Made by a program: the position numbers and the translations under genes
Assembly (NCBI GenBank): GCA_041689695.1
Contig: JBDNFT010000660.1
Coordinates: 1-51,338 of the forward strand
Origin: Planctomycetaceae bacterium
GTDB taxonomy: Bacteria; Planctomycetota; Planctomycetia; Planctomycetales; Planctomycetaceae
DNA: 51,338 nucleotides
Direction of reading: 5' to 3'
Shown here: positions 37,161 through 45,020 of the stretch, in pieces
How the letters are laid out: every line of letters starts with the position of its first letter
Position numbering within the stretch: position 1 is the first letter of the stretch
Notes under the pieces: model-generated
What the model saw: only the letters and a program-made list of their open reading frames with translations
The model's database searches: none
Told to the model about the DNA's origin: nothing

Positions 37161-37472
37161 TCACTGGCACCGGGGGCTGTCGGGATCTTCGTCCCACCAC
37201 CAATACCACCGAATCTCGTCGATTTTGTCGTAAGTAAACCAACCGCGATGTTCCATTTTCAACTGATAAGAATCAGGCACCAAAATCTCCTTATCGAAAA
37301 CAACAGTCGGCCTCTTGTCGCATTTCGGACACGGATTCTGGTATTCGTCATGCGGGCAATGCAGTCCATACCACACATGCTGACAATACTCGCACTTTCG
37401 CTCGAAATGCCAACTTGGCTCTTCATCAGAGCCTGCACTAACTGCGAATTCACACTCGCACTCTTCGCTCAT
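37161..37472 (-). CDS. Cys/His-rich zinc-finger protein
   Basis: CEYCQHVWYGLHCPHD...CPKCD. 4-nt overlap with the upstream gene. Confidence 0.55.
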   Translation of the reverse strand: MSEECECEFAVSAGSDEEPSWHFERKCEYCQHVWYGLHCPHDEYQNPCPKCDKRPTVVFDKEILVPDSYQLKMEHRGWFTYDKIDEIRWYWWWDEDPDSPRCQ

Positions 37473-38146
37473 GGTGTCTTTTCCTGTGCCAGAAATTTAT
37501 CCCACTCGACCTGGTGTTTTCTGCACTCGGTCAGAACATCAAGTGGATATTTTTCCATCAGTTCTTTCACGATCGCTGTCACATCCTGTGTCAACGACTT
37601 CTCCAGCCGTTCGATAACCTCGAACTGCGCGCGGCGATCATCAGCCATCCGCTGGCTTGTGATCGCCCCGGCCAGCTTAGCTTTGGCGTCTTCACGCTTG
37701 GCGCAGATTTCGAGGAACTTATTCGGCTCGGTCCTGGAATAAAGGTACCACGACCATGCGGCCATTGATGATGCCATCAACGGAGTCACATTCGGCAAAG
37801 CCATGTTCCGGTACGCGAAGTCGATGTCGCCGTCCGCGTCTGTCGGATTTCCGCGAGTTCGCTTCTCCAGTATCCGAAGCTGGACGTCGAAGTCCTTATC
37901 GGCCATTTTACCCTTGCCAAGATTAGCCGATTTTCTGGCATGTTCTTCATCGCTAACATCACTGTGTGTGTCGCTGTCGTCCAGTTCGCTGGCTTCTTTT
38001 CGGATACCTGCTGCCACCCTGCGATCCTCCTTTTTCTTGTCGTTCTTGTTTTTGTTGTACCTGGCCACCTGGTCAGGTGTCCGGCGGTCATACCGCATCT
38101 TTCCATACGACAACCCTGGAGCGACTGGTTCATCGTCGTCCGTCAC
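37469..38146 (-). CDS. hypothetical protein with a charged N-terminus
   Basis: GTG start overlapping the TGA of the RHH ORF (GTGA). 225 aa. Confidence 0.55.
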   Translation of the reverse strand: MTDDDEPVAPGLSYGKMRYDRRTPDQVARYNKNKNDKKKEDRRVAAGIRKEASELDDSDTHSDVSDEEHARKSANLGKGKMADKDFDVQLRILEKRTRGNPTDADGDIDFAYRNMALPNVTPLMASSMAAWSWYLYSRTEPNKFLEICAKREDAKAKLAGAITSQRMADDRRAQFEVIERLEKSLTQDVTAIVKELMEKYPLDVLTECRKHQVEWDKFLAQEKTP

Positions 38147-38295
38147 TTTATCGCCCCCAACAACTGCTGCCGAACCCAGTCTGAGATCGATTCAGCGTTT
38201 GCTTTTTTGGCGAGTTTTTCAACCGCCTTGACGTCGTTTTTTGTCATCCGGACTCGCAATGTCTGACTCTTCATTAACCCGTCTGGTTTTTTCAT
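38143..38295 (-). CDS. ribbon-helix-helix (CopG/Arc-like) DNA-binding protein, 50 aa
   Basis: Hand-translated as MKKPDGLMKSQTLRVRMTKNDVKAVEKLAKKANAESISDWVRQQLLGAIK. GGAG SD 9 nt upstream. Below the 60-aa cutoff of the ORF track. Confidence 0.6.
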   Translation of the reverse strand: MKKPDGLMKSQTLRVRMTKNDVKAVEKLAKKANAESISDWVRQQLLGAIK

Positions 38296-38321
38296 TTCTT
38301 AAATCTCCAATACAAAAGGAA

Positions 38322-38355
38322 CACACTTGACGCCACACTTGTATCAGGTTACCGT
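38322..38355 (+). promoter_or_regulatory. candidate recombinase promoter with two CACACTTG direct repeats (possible RHH operator)
   Basis: TTGACG 38327-38332, 17-nt spacer, TACCGT 38350-38355. Repeats at 38322 and 38334. Confidence 0.35.
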
Positions 38356-38388
38356 ATGGCTGTCAAGTCTTTTAAGAAAGAACAAACA

Positions 38389-39096
38389 ATGAACGCAATC
38401 CTCTACACACGATTCTCGCCTCGCCCTTCGAAAGAGGGGGACGCAGAACGAGTCGCCGCAAATGAAGACGCTGATTCCATCATCCTGCAGCTCGATGTCT
38501 GTAATCGTTACGCCATGATGAAGGGGCTCGTTGTTACAGAGACGATCAAAGACCCCGAGACGTCAGCTCGGCATACTCCGCTGTTTGAGCGAGAAGGCGG
38601 ATCGCGTCTCAAGTTCCTGCCTCGTGGCACGCACGTCCTTTGCTCAAAACTGGACCGCGCGTTCAGGGATACCAGCGATGGACTGCTGAGTACGGACCAT
38701 TTCAGGAAGAACGGCATCATCCTGCATTTCTGCGATCTTGGTGGCTGCACTCTCGACATCTCGTCGCCCGAAGGCCATTTCATGTTCACGATACTTTTGG
38801 CAGCAGCGTCGCTTGAGCCTCTTCGCACAGCAAGTCGAACGAGCCTCGCAATGAAAGACCGCCAGAAGAACGGCCAGCGAATGACCAGCGCGGCCACGCT
38901 CCCGTTTGGGCAAATGGTTGACCCGAATGACGACTCGCTAACGATCCCGTGCCAAGAGGAACTCGACGCCATTATACACGCGAAGTCAATGCGAAAAAAC
39001 AACCTCTCTTTGCGTGATATCGCAAACTACATCGGCCCGATCCGCGGCAAGATCCTCTCGCCGCAATCTGTCAAAAACATGCTCGCAAAAGAATAA
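38389..39096 (+). CDS. small serine recombinase (resolvase/invertase family)
   Basis: MNAILYTRFSPRPS (catalytic Ser region), KLDRAFRD, and C-terminal HTH LSLRDIANYIG...SPQSVKNML. The ATG at 38389 is preferred because the predicted TSS lies after the 38356 ATG. Confidence 0.8.
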   Translation: MNAILYTRFSPRPSKEGDAERVAANEDADSIILQLDVCNRYAMMKGLVVTETIKDPETSARHTPLFEREGGSRLKFLPRGTHVLCSKLDRAFRDTSDGLLSTDHFRKNGIILHFCDLGGCTLDISSPEGHFMFTILLAAASLEPLRTASRTSLAMKDRQKNGQRMTSAATLPFGQMVDPNDDSLTIPCQEELDAIIHAKSMRKNNLSLRDIANYIGPIRGKILSPQSVKNMLAKE

Positions 39097-39144
39097 GCCT
39101 GAAAGTCAGTTTTCCAAATCCTGTTTCAAGAAAGAAGTCCCCAA

Positions 39145-39534
39145 ATGGCATTTTATTACCAAATTGTATCCCAAACGCCCATCAGAGATCTTGCCGTAAT
39201 ATGGATTAGGGAAGGTGGTAAAGTCGCAGACATTCGCCCCGTGATCGCACAAGCTGTTTTGAAACACATACACGAAGACCCGGATGATGATTGTTTTTCT
39301 TCAGGCTTCATTGCGTGTTATCCTGGTGATTATATGGAAATTGATATTGTTGGCTGTCCGTATGCGTTTCCCGGTGCAAAACTCGACGTGTATTATGTTT
39401 TGCCGTGCTCATTGGATCAATGGCGAGATCTCTTCAAGTCAGATAAGTATAAAGCAAAGATTGCGCAGATTCTGGGATCTGAATACCTCGACCTTCAGTT
39501 GACTGAATGGACTCATGGTCCAATGTTTAGTTGA
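39145..39534 (+). CDS. hypothetical protein (accessory)
   Basis: 129-aa ORF. Its stop TGA lies inside the TTGACA of the 34-nt repeat. Confidence 0.5.
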   Translation: MAFYYQIVSQTPIRDLAVIWIREGGKVADIRPVIAQAVLKHIHEDPDDDCFSSGFIACYPGDYMEIDIVGCPYAFPGAKLDVYYVLPCSLDQWRDLFKSDKYKAKIAQILGSEYLDLQLTEWTHGPMFS

Positions 39535-39563
39535 CACTTCCGAAAAAATTACGTAACGTTTGG
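39530..39563 (+). promoter_or_regulatory. 34-nt repeat copy A containing a sigma70-like promoter
   Basis: GTTGACACTTCCGAAAAAATTACGTAACGTTTGG: TTGACA, 17-nt spacer, TAACGT. Identical to 40583-40616. The TTACGTAA palindrome overlaps the -10. Confidence 0.45.
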
Positions 39564-39620
39564 GTTCAATCGGTTGTACAAGAATCGATTCAAAGTCTTT
39601 GCGGGTAATTCCGCACTGAG

Positions 39621-39660
39621 AAACCCACTCCAACGCTCTACCGGTGGACGTGGGTTTTTT
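39621..39660 (+). terminator. terminator-like hairpin in the leader of the 39677 gene
   Basis: AAACCCACTCCA...TGGAcGTGGGTTT followed by a T6 run. It ends 16 nt before ATG 39677. Confidence 0.6.
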
Positions 39661-39676
39661 CATGGAGTTTTCAAAG

Positions 39677-40540
39677 ATGAAAAAAATTCAGTTTTTAGAC
39701 CATACGCCGCTGAAAATTAAGGCAATAAGAAAGAGTGTTGAAAAAATATTTAAGAAAAAGATTTCATATGATGAAATCATTCTTCATCTAAGAAAGAAGA
39801 ACGAAAAGAAAGAGGCATTAACCTGCTTTTTAGAAAAAAAACTAATAGAAGCCGAGATGCCTTTCTTTAATGTTTATCCAAAAGTTGTCGAGGCGCTTAT
39901 TCGAACCTCGCTTTCAATTGTTCCAGAGACAATACCACGATCAATTATCCATAGTCTCGGATCAATCTGCATAAAACTACCTCTTGATAAAAACAATAGA
40001 GGATTTGACTTTTTCATTCTTTCTGTGTTTAACAGCGAAACAATGAAGGAGATGGAAAGCCTAGGATGTTCACGAATTTTACATGTTGAAAACATTCCTT
40101 CAATGGTGGTTTTTGGTCAAGGTGACAACGAGGGATTCACATTAGCCGTGCCGTTGGGTATGCGTGTCAGTGATGTTCAATCTCAAATAAGTGATGAAGC
40201 AATCGTAGATATAGCAAAGCCATTTATCCGCATCGCCCTTGGCGTGATGATGCTGGCCGCTGATCCTGATTACATTAAGCCTGTGCTTCTAAAAGCCGAC
40301 GAAGATAAAACAACACCAATTGAAGAACGAATTGCCAGAGCTCGCAATCGCGGAGTCTATGGGTTCACGATAGGTGAAGAGATCGAACGCTCACCACACT
40401 TCCGCAGGCCGCACTTCGCAATCCGATGGACTGGCAAGGGTGGCGAGATCCCAAAACTTGTCGCAGTTAAGGGTTCGATTGTCGGCAAGAAAGAACTTGT
40501 GACCGTGCCTACTGGCTATGAAAACGACGTGCGAAAATGA
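39677..40540 (+). CDS. hypothetical protein (AT-rich accessory gene)
   Basis: GGAG SD 9 nt before ATG 39677. The Lys-rich N-terminus is visibly AT-richer than its surroundings. C-terminal SPHFRRPHFAIRWTGKGG. Confidence 0.6.
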   Translation: MKKIQFLDHTPLKIKAIRKSVEKIFKKKISYDEIILHLRKKNEKKEALTCFLEKKLIEAEMPFFNVYPKVVEALIRTSLSIVPETIPRSIIHSLGSICIKLPLDKNNRGFDFFILSVFNSETMKEMESLGCSRILHVENIPSMVVFGQGDNEGFTLAVPLGMRVSDVQSQISDEAIVDIAKPFIRIALGVMMLAADPDYIKPVLLKADEDKTTPIEERIARARNRGVYGFTIGEEIERSPHFRRPHFAIRWTGKGGEIPKLVAVKGSIVGKKELVTVPTGYENDVRK

Positions 40541-40587
40541 ACGACATTTCATCGCTCGGTTGGTTCCTGTGCCCACTGTCTGGTTGA
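40538..40587 (+). pseudogene. fossil duplicate of the primase gene start (16 codons: MNDISSLGWFLCPLSG*)
   Basis: About 80% nt identity to 40741-40785. Its ATG overlaps the stop of the upstream gene (ATGA). It terminates at the TGA inside TTGACA of repeat copy B. Confidence 0.6.
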
Positions 40588-40616
40588 CACTTCCGAAAAA
40601 ATTACGTAACGTTTGG
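40583..40616 (+). promoter_or_regulatory. 34-nt repeat copy B containing a sigma70-like promoter
   Basis: Identical to 39530-39563. Confidence 0.45.
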
Positions 40617-40684
40617 CCCGCGAGTTTGTATAGAAGCATAGCTCGCATACAATTCACTATCATCAGCCCCCCGGCTGATCTTTG

Positions 40685-40727
40685 CCCGCCGGTGACGTGC
40701 CTTCTATCACGTTGCCGGCGGGATTTT
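40685..40727 (+). terminator. terminator/attenuator-like hairpin in the primase leader
   Basis: CCCGCCGGTGACGTG / CACGTTGCCGGCGGG gives 15 bp if two G-U pairs form (plus-strand RNA only), followed by ATTTTC. It ends 13 nt before ATG 40741. Confidence 0.5.
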
Positions 40728-40740
40728 CATGGATTGATGG

Positions 40741-43161
40741 ATGAACGATCTCTCGTCGCTGAGTTGGTTCTTGTGCCCAATGTTGTCGGGAACGAAGAAT
40801 CCCGGCAGCATCCTCGGAAAAGAATGGCCGTCAAAGTGTTCAAACGACCCGAGCGTCATCAATTCATGGCCGGCCGGATCCAATATCGGCGTCCTGCTTG
40901 GTTCGAATTCGGGTTTGATCGACCTGGAATACGACAGCGATCTTGGCGAACAGCTCGTCAATGACTGGATGGCTGAATGCGGAAACACGGTAACGCCGAC
41001 ATACAAATCCGCGAAGTCCGTGCATCGCCTGTTCAAGTGGGATGACAAATTCGCACTCGAAGGGGCGAAATTCGGCCACATGGGCGTTGAATTCAGGTTT
41101 GGGTGCAATGTCGCCCAATCAGTTATTCCGCCGTCATTGCACGAATCTGGCGTTCATTACGAATGGCTTGAAGGACTCTCGCCGTGGGAATGCGAAGTCG
41201 CCGCGCTGCCGGAGAATGTCTACAAAAACTTCCTGATTATGAAGTCGTCGCAGGAAAAGGCCGTCGCGAAGGCCGTCAAAATCGACCCGAGATATCAATC
41301 CGGCGATTCACTGCTGACGAAGGCCCGAAACCACATTGAAAAGACAATGGATTGGGAAACAATCCTTGCGGTAGACGGTTGGAAATTCTGCCGCAACCGT
41401 GGAAATGCTCAAGACTGGTGGCGGCCGGGCAAAACGAAAGGCAGCATCAGCGCTACCGTGAATTTCGGCGATTCGAACACGCTGCGAGTGTTCTCGACGT
41501 CCTGCGACCCGCTGGAACCTGATTCATCGTACGACAAGTTCGCGTACCTGTGCATAACGAAGCATGGCGATGACCCGGTCAAAGCAGCGTTCGCCCTGTG
41601 CCCCAAGGAATCTTTGGAGCGTAAGAATCAACCGAAAATCACCGTTAAAAACAGGCCACCCGTCGCGCCCGCCGTGCCAACGCCGCCAGTGGTGCCCGCA
41701 GAAACGGTTCCACCTGCTGTCAAAGCCGTTGGCAACCTGCGGAATCGCGTCAAACCGATTCCGGATGCCGTCGCCAGCGAGCCATCGCCTGACGCGGAAA
41801 TCCGCATAGAAGTGAACCCGGTACCAGCCTCCGAGTGCATCCCCGTAGTCGATGACGCATGGGTTCTCGATCCTGCAGACGACGGTATCGACGATCCCGA
41901 GTCAGACGAAGACTTCATGGCGACGATGGTTCCGAAGACAGGAATGATCCGGGCCGTGTACCAATACTATCAAGTCGTTTCGCAATATCCGTCGGCAATT
42001 TTCGGCATGGCAACAGCTCTGACCTTCTGCCAGACGATGTTCGGGCGGCGAATTCGCAGTCAAACAGACCTTCGCACCAACGATTACAACATCGCGATGG
42101 GCACGACTGGCTGCGGGAAAGAAGCCTGTGAAAACACGATCTACAATCTGTTCAAATCTGTCGGAAAAGATCTCTGCCACCCGTCAGACATGCAATCCGG
42201 GAACGGATTGCTGGCCGCAATCCATGCCCAACCGCACGGGCTCTGGCTTTGCGACGAATTCGGCATAATGCTTGAGTCAATCATTGATCCAAAATCAAAC
42301 CCGCATTTGAAGAACATTGCAGCGCATCTGTTGAAGTTCTACACGAAGGCCAACAAGGATTACGGCGGCGCTGGCCACGCTAGTGGTGTCCGAAACAAAA
42401 CCATTCAACCCCATCTGTCAGTGCTCGGAATGTCCACCCCGCTCGTTCTCAGCTCGATTACAGCAAAACAAGTTGATCAGGGGCTCTTCGGCAGGCTGGC
42501 ATTTTTCGTGTGCCAGGATCGCCCGAAAAAGCGAATCAGCCCTCTTCAGCCGCCGAAAGAGTTTCTGGTCAAGATGGTCCAGAGATGGATCGAATGGGAA
42601 CCGATGCGCCCAGGCAACGTGAACAAAACCCCGAATCCCGAAATGATGTACATGACTCCAGAAGCATGGGATCGCTGGGACAAGCACTCAGACGACATTC
42701 GGGAGAAAATGGACATGGAAGGCGAGCTTCGTGCCGCCGTCTGGGTTCGAGTCGCCGAACGCACAATGAAGCTGGCAATGACGCATCGAGCCGCCCGACT
42801 CGCCGAAGACCCCGCCCACGCCGACTGGGGCTCAATCCACATGGAAATGGAAGACATTGACTGGGCGATCAAGCTGTCAAACCATATCGGGAGAGTCTCC
42901 TGCAACCTGCTGCTCTCCGAAGTTGAAGACCGCCAGATGTCCGAAGCCCAAACAAAAATCCTCACCGCCGTCCGGTCACAGGAATCAATCACGCAGAGAG
43001 TCCTCAGCAGCAACAACAAGAAAATCACCACCGCCCAATTCAACGCCGCCGCCCTCGCCCTCGAAGCCCAGGGACTCATTAAAATCAGCCGTATCAAGCC
43101 CCAAAATGGCGGTCGTGAAAAAGTAGTGTACATCAAGACCAAGAAAGGCGGAGAAGACTGA
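40741..43161 (+). CDS. bifunctional primase-polymerase (AEP) fused to a DUF3987/P4-like helicase ATPase
   Basis: N-terminal AEP motifs GLIDLEYDSD and SAKSVHRLFKW. C-terminal Walker A GTTGCGKE and Walker B LWLCDEFG. Confidence 0.8.
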   Translation: MNDLSSLSWFLCPMLSGTKNPGSILGKEWPSKCSNDPSVINSWPAGSNIGVLLGSNSGLIDLEYDSDLGEQLVNDWMAECGNTVTPTYKSAKSVHRLFKWDDKFALEGAKFGHMGVEFRFGCNVAQSVIPPSLHESGVHYEWLEGLSPWECEVAALPENVYKNFLIMKSSQEKAVAKAVKIDPRYQSGDSLLTKARNHIEKTMDWETILAVDGWKFCRNRGNAQDWWRPGKTKGSISATVNFGDSNTLRVFSTSCDPLEPDSSYDKFAYLCITKHGDDPVKAAFALCPKESLERKNQPKITVKNRPPVAPAVPTPPVVPAETVPPAVKAVGNLRNRVKPIPDAVASEPSPDAEIRIEVNPVPASECIPVVDDAWVLDPADDGIDDPESDEDFMATMVPKTGMIRAVYQYYQVVSQYPSAIFGMATALTFCQTMFGRRIRSQTDLRTNDYNIAMGTTGCGKEACENTIYNLFKSVGKDLCHPSDMQSGNGLLAAIHAQPHGLWLCDEFGIMLESIIDPKSNPHLKNIAAHLLKFYTKANKDYGGAGHASGVRNKTIQPHLSVLGMSTPLVLSSITAKQVDQGLFGRLAFFVCQDRPKKRISPLQPPKEFLVKMVQRWIEWEPMRPGNVNKTPNPEMMYMTPEAWDRWDKHSDDIREKMDMEGELRAAVWVRVAERTMKLAMTHRAARLAEDPAHADWGSIHMEMEDIDWAIKLSNHIGRVSCNLLLSEVEDRQMSEAQTKILTAVRSQESITQRVLSSNNKKITTAQFNAAALALEAQGLIKISRIKPQNGGREKVVYIKTKKGGED

Positions 43162-43183
43162 CGGTGATCGTGACGGCATTTGG

Positions 43184-43210
43184 CGGCAATCGAGCGATTG
43201 CCGATTTTTA
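43184..43210 (+). terminator. terminator after the primase/helicase gene
   Basis: CGGCAATCGagCGATTGCCG followed by ATTTTTA. The stem is built from two inverted iteron copies. Confidence 0.5.
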
Positions 43211-43523
43211 AGATTCGTCTGATGATATGGAATATGATTTTTCCATATTACATACCGTTTCGATTGCCGTCGGTTGCCGACCGATTGACGTCAAGGTAAA
43301 CGGCAATCGACTAGGATAGCTGGGCAGGATAGGCAAGATCACTTTGGTAAGAAACAAAGGAAATCCGAAGGATATAGGGGGGGTGGTTATACTTTGTATA
43401 GTCTCTCAGACCGATTGCCGATAGTTTCTGGGTATTTCTCTTCAGGTCTGTTTCAGGTCAGTTTTACCATCCATATCTCGCTGGTGTTCCCCCTCTGTAG
43501 ACAAAAACTGACGGCAGTCGATT
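43184..43523. repeat. iteron-like 9-mers (CGATTGCCG / CGGCAATCG) plus an AT-rich inverted repeat; candidate replication origin
   Basis: Copies at 43184, 43195, 43261, 43271 (variant), 43281 (variant), 43301, 43411 and 43512 (variant). ATATGGAA-n8-TTCCATAT at 43226-43249. Confidence 0.45.
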
Positions 43524-43645
43524 TCCATATTGCATTTCAATCCATAATCCATACTGTACGGACGGCAAGAAAAACACGCCAACCAAACAACCATTGTCCT
43601 CAACCAAATCCGATGCCGGAATCCCAGCAACGGTAGGAAACAAAT

Positions 43646-43903
43646 ATGATCGAAGAAGCAACGCCGGAAGACATGACCAAGTTCAAAGCACGTAAAGGTG
43701 GAGGCCCGCCTTCCAACACGCGAATCAGAATGGATTTGCTCGATATCGGATCAGGATGCACTATCAAAAACGAGCCTGACATGACAGAAGCAAAACGAAG
43801 AGCACAAGTCATTGCCTCAAATCTCCGTAAGACAGGCAAGCGATTCTCTGTAAGATGGCTCTCTGAGGACAAGGACACCGTTAGGGTGGTAAGAACCCTG
43901 TGA
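43646..43903 (+). CDS. hypothetical small protein
   Basis: AGGAAA SD. Pattern KGGGP...F-V-W...V-V-RT loosely parallels the 49814-50050 product. Confidence 0.5.
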   Translation: MIEEATPEDMTKFKARKGGGPPSNTRIRMDLLDIGSGCTIKNEPDMTEAKRRAQVIASNLRKTGKRFSVRWLSEDKDTVRVVRTL

Positions 43904-43927
43904 CACAATCGGATCGCGTCTCAGGGC

Positions 43928-43964
43928 ATTCTCACGATCTTGGGGACGTCCTGAGAATCTTTTT
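43928..43964 (+). terminator. weak terminator after the 43646 gene
   Basis: ATTCTCA / TGAGAAT stem with a 17-nt loop, followed by CTTTTT. Confidence 0.35.
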
Positions 43965-44198
43965 ATCAAAAATTTGATAGAGGGGGATAAAGGCTAACCC
44001 CGCAGCGTTCGCCACGGCGATGGCAGGGGGCTGGGCAAAAACTCAAGCAGACATGATCGCCGAGCCGGATCGATGCACATGCCAGTTCATCGCCCATCAA
44101 TCAAAAATCCCTGTATTTATGGCCATATTCGCTGTCAATGAGCGTTCCCTCGTTGACACGCACCATGAGTGATATCATATCGACAACAACACAGTGTC

Positions 44199-44233
44199 AT
44201 CGCACTGACTACACACACACCATGCCTGTAGTC
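44199..44233. other. long hairpin in a non-coding region
   Basis: CACTGACTACA-n13-TGTAGTCAGTG (11 bp, extendable by 3 bp after a mismatch). Confidence 0.6.
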
Positions 44234-44380
44234 AGTGTGATACAGGCCGTTATCGGCATGATGACACGGCCATGAGTGCGCATCACCGAGTTGTAGCGCT
44301 GGCTACAATTCCCACCCATCCTCCAACTCCGAGTATCAATCAGCACTCGTACTGCACACATGCACAGCACTCAGACATCC

Positions 44381-44424
44381 GGATCTCACGAACAAACAAA
44401 TAGGATGATGGTATTTGTTCGTGA
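44381..44424. other. long hairpin in a non-coding region
   Basis: CTCACGAACAAACAAATA-n9-TATTTGTTCGTGAG (about 14 bp with a bulge). Confidence 0.6.
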
Positions 44425-44594
44425 GCATCCCTGAGAAATACTTCCGAGCCGAACGTGCGAAAACACTGGCTTTCTCGTGCTCCCGAAACTATTTCCGATA
44501 ATCTTCCGAAATGCAACCGGAATTGTTGTAACATTACCGTCTGAGTTACGTATTGACATGTAGGAACTTCAATCACCCAAACGAGGACAGAAAA

Positions 44595-45014
44595 ATGAAC
44601 AACATCGACGCAGCAAACAGTGCAGTGAACAGCCCGGAACAGTGGGACGTCGCGGCACGAATGATCAGCGAAGGAGTCACAGAGAAGGACGGACGGCTCT
44701 ATCACGACGGTAAGATCGTTGAGCCTCCACTGGCTGACATCGTGGCAAGGACTCGTGGTTTCCAGTGTGCGGAGCGATTTGTGAAGCACCTGCAAGTTGA
44801 GCAAGGAACGACAAGATCAAGCTACGTGTCCAACGGAATGTCAGTCGGGATCGACTGGGAAGTTAACGGAAAGCACGCAACGTTGGTGGCATGTGTCTTG
44901 TTCGCTGACCGGTCTGAAACGCACACGTTGTCGCATCAGGAAGCAATCAATATCGTTCGATCCGCAATCGACCACACAGACTACGCTCGCGTCTACCATG
45001 ACATGATTTCGTGA
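44595..45014 (+). CDS. hypothetical early protein
   Basis: GAGGA SD within the conserved leader TTCAATCACCCAAACGAGGACA. ATG at 44595. Confidence 0.55.
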   Translation: MNNIDAANSAVNSPEQWDVAARMISEGVTEKDGRLYHDGKIVEPPLADIVARTRGFQCAERFVKHLQVEQGTTRSSYVSNGMSVGIDWEVNGKHATLVACVLFADRSETHTLSHQEAINIVRSAIDHTDYARVYHDMIS

Positions 45015-45020
45015 TCTCAA

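Noticed and set aside
36984-37742. 252-aa plus-strand ORF
   Set aside because: It is antisense to three tightly coupled minus-strand genes, including Zn-finger proteins with clear Cys motifs. The translation is Ser/Phe/Leu-rich nonsense.
38508-39002. 164-aa minus-strand ORF inside the recombinase gene, and similar antisense ORFs in the primase gene (for example 42546-43142)
   Set aside because: They are antisense to genes with unambiguous catalytic motifs, and they have no SD or recognisable motifs.
40518-40964. 148-aa plus-strand ORF spanning the promoter repeat and the primase start
   Set aside because: It is out of frame with the motif-bearing primase ORF and runs through the promoter repeat and the leader hairpins. 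It is an artefact of an open alternative frame.
44553-44558. TTGACA at 44553 as the -35 of the early-array promoter
   Set aside because: No acceptable -10 lies 16-18 nt downstream (cccaaa). It is kept only as part of the shared-box observation.
44340-44804. 154-aa minus-strand ORF
   Set aside because: It overlaps the SD-preceded plus-strand gene at 44595 and spans the hairpin-rich spacer. The sequence is Cys/His/Val-rich with no start context.
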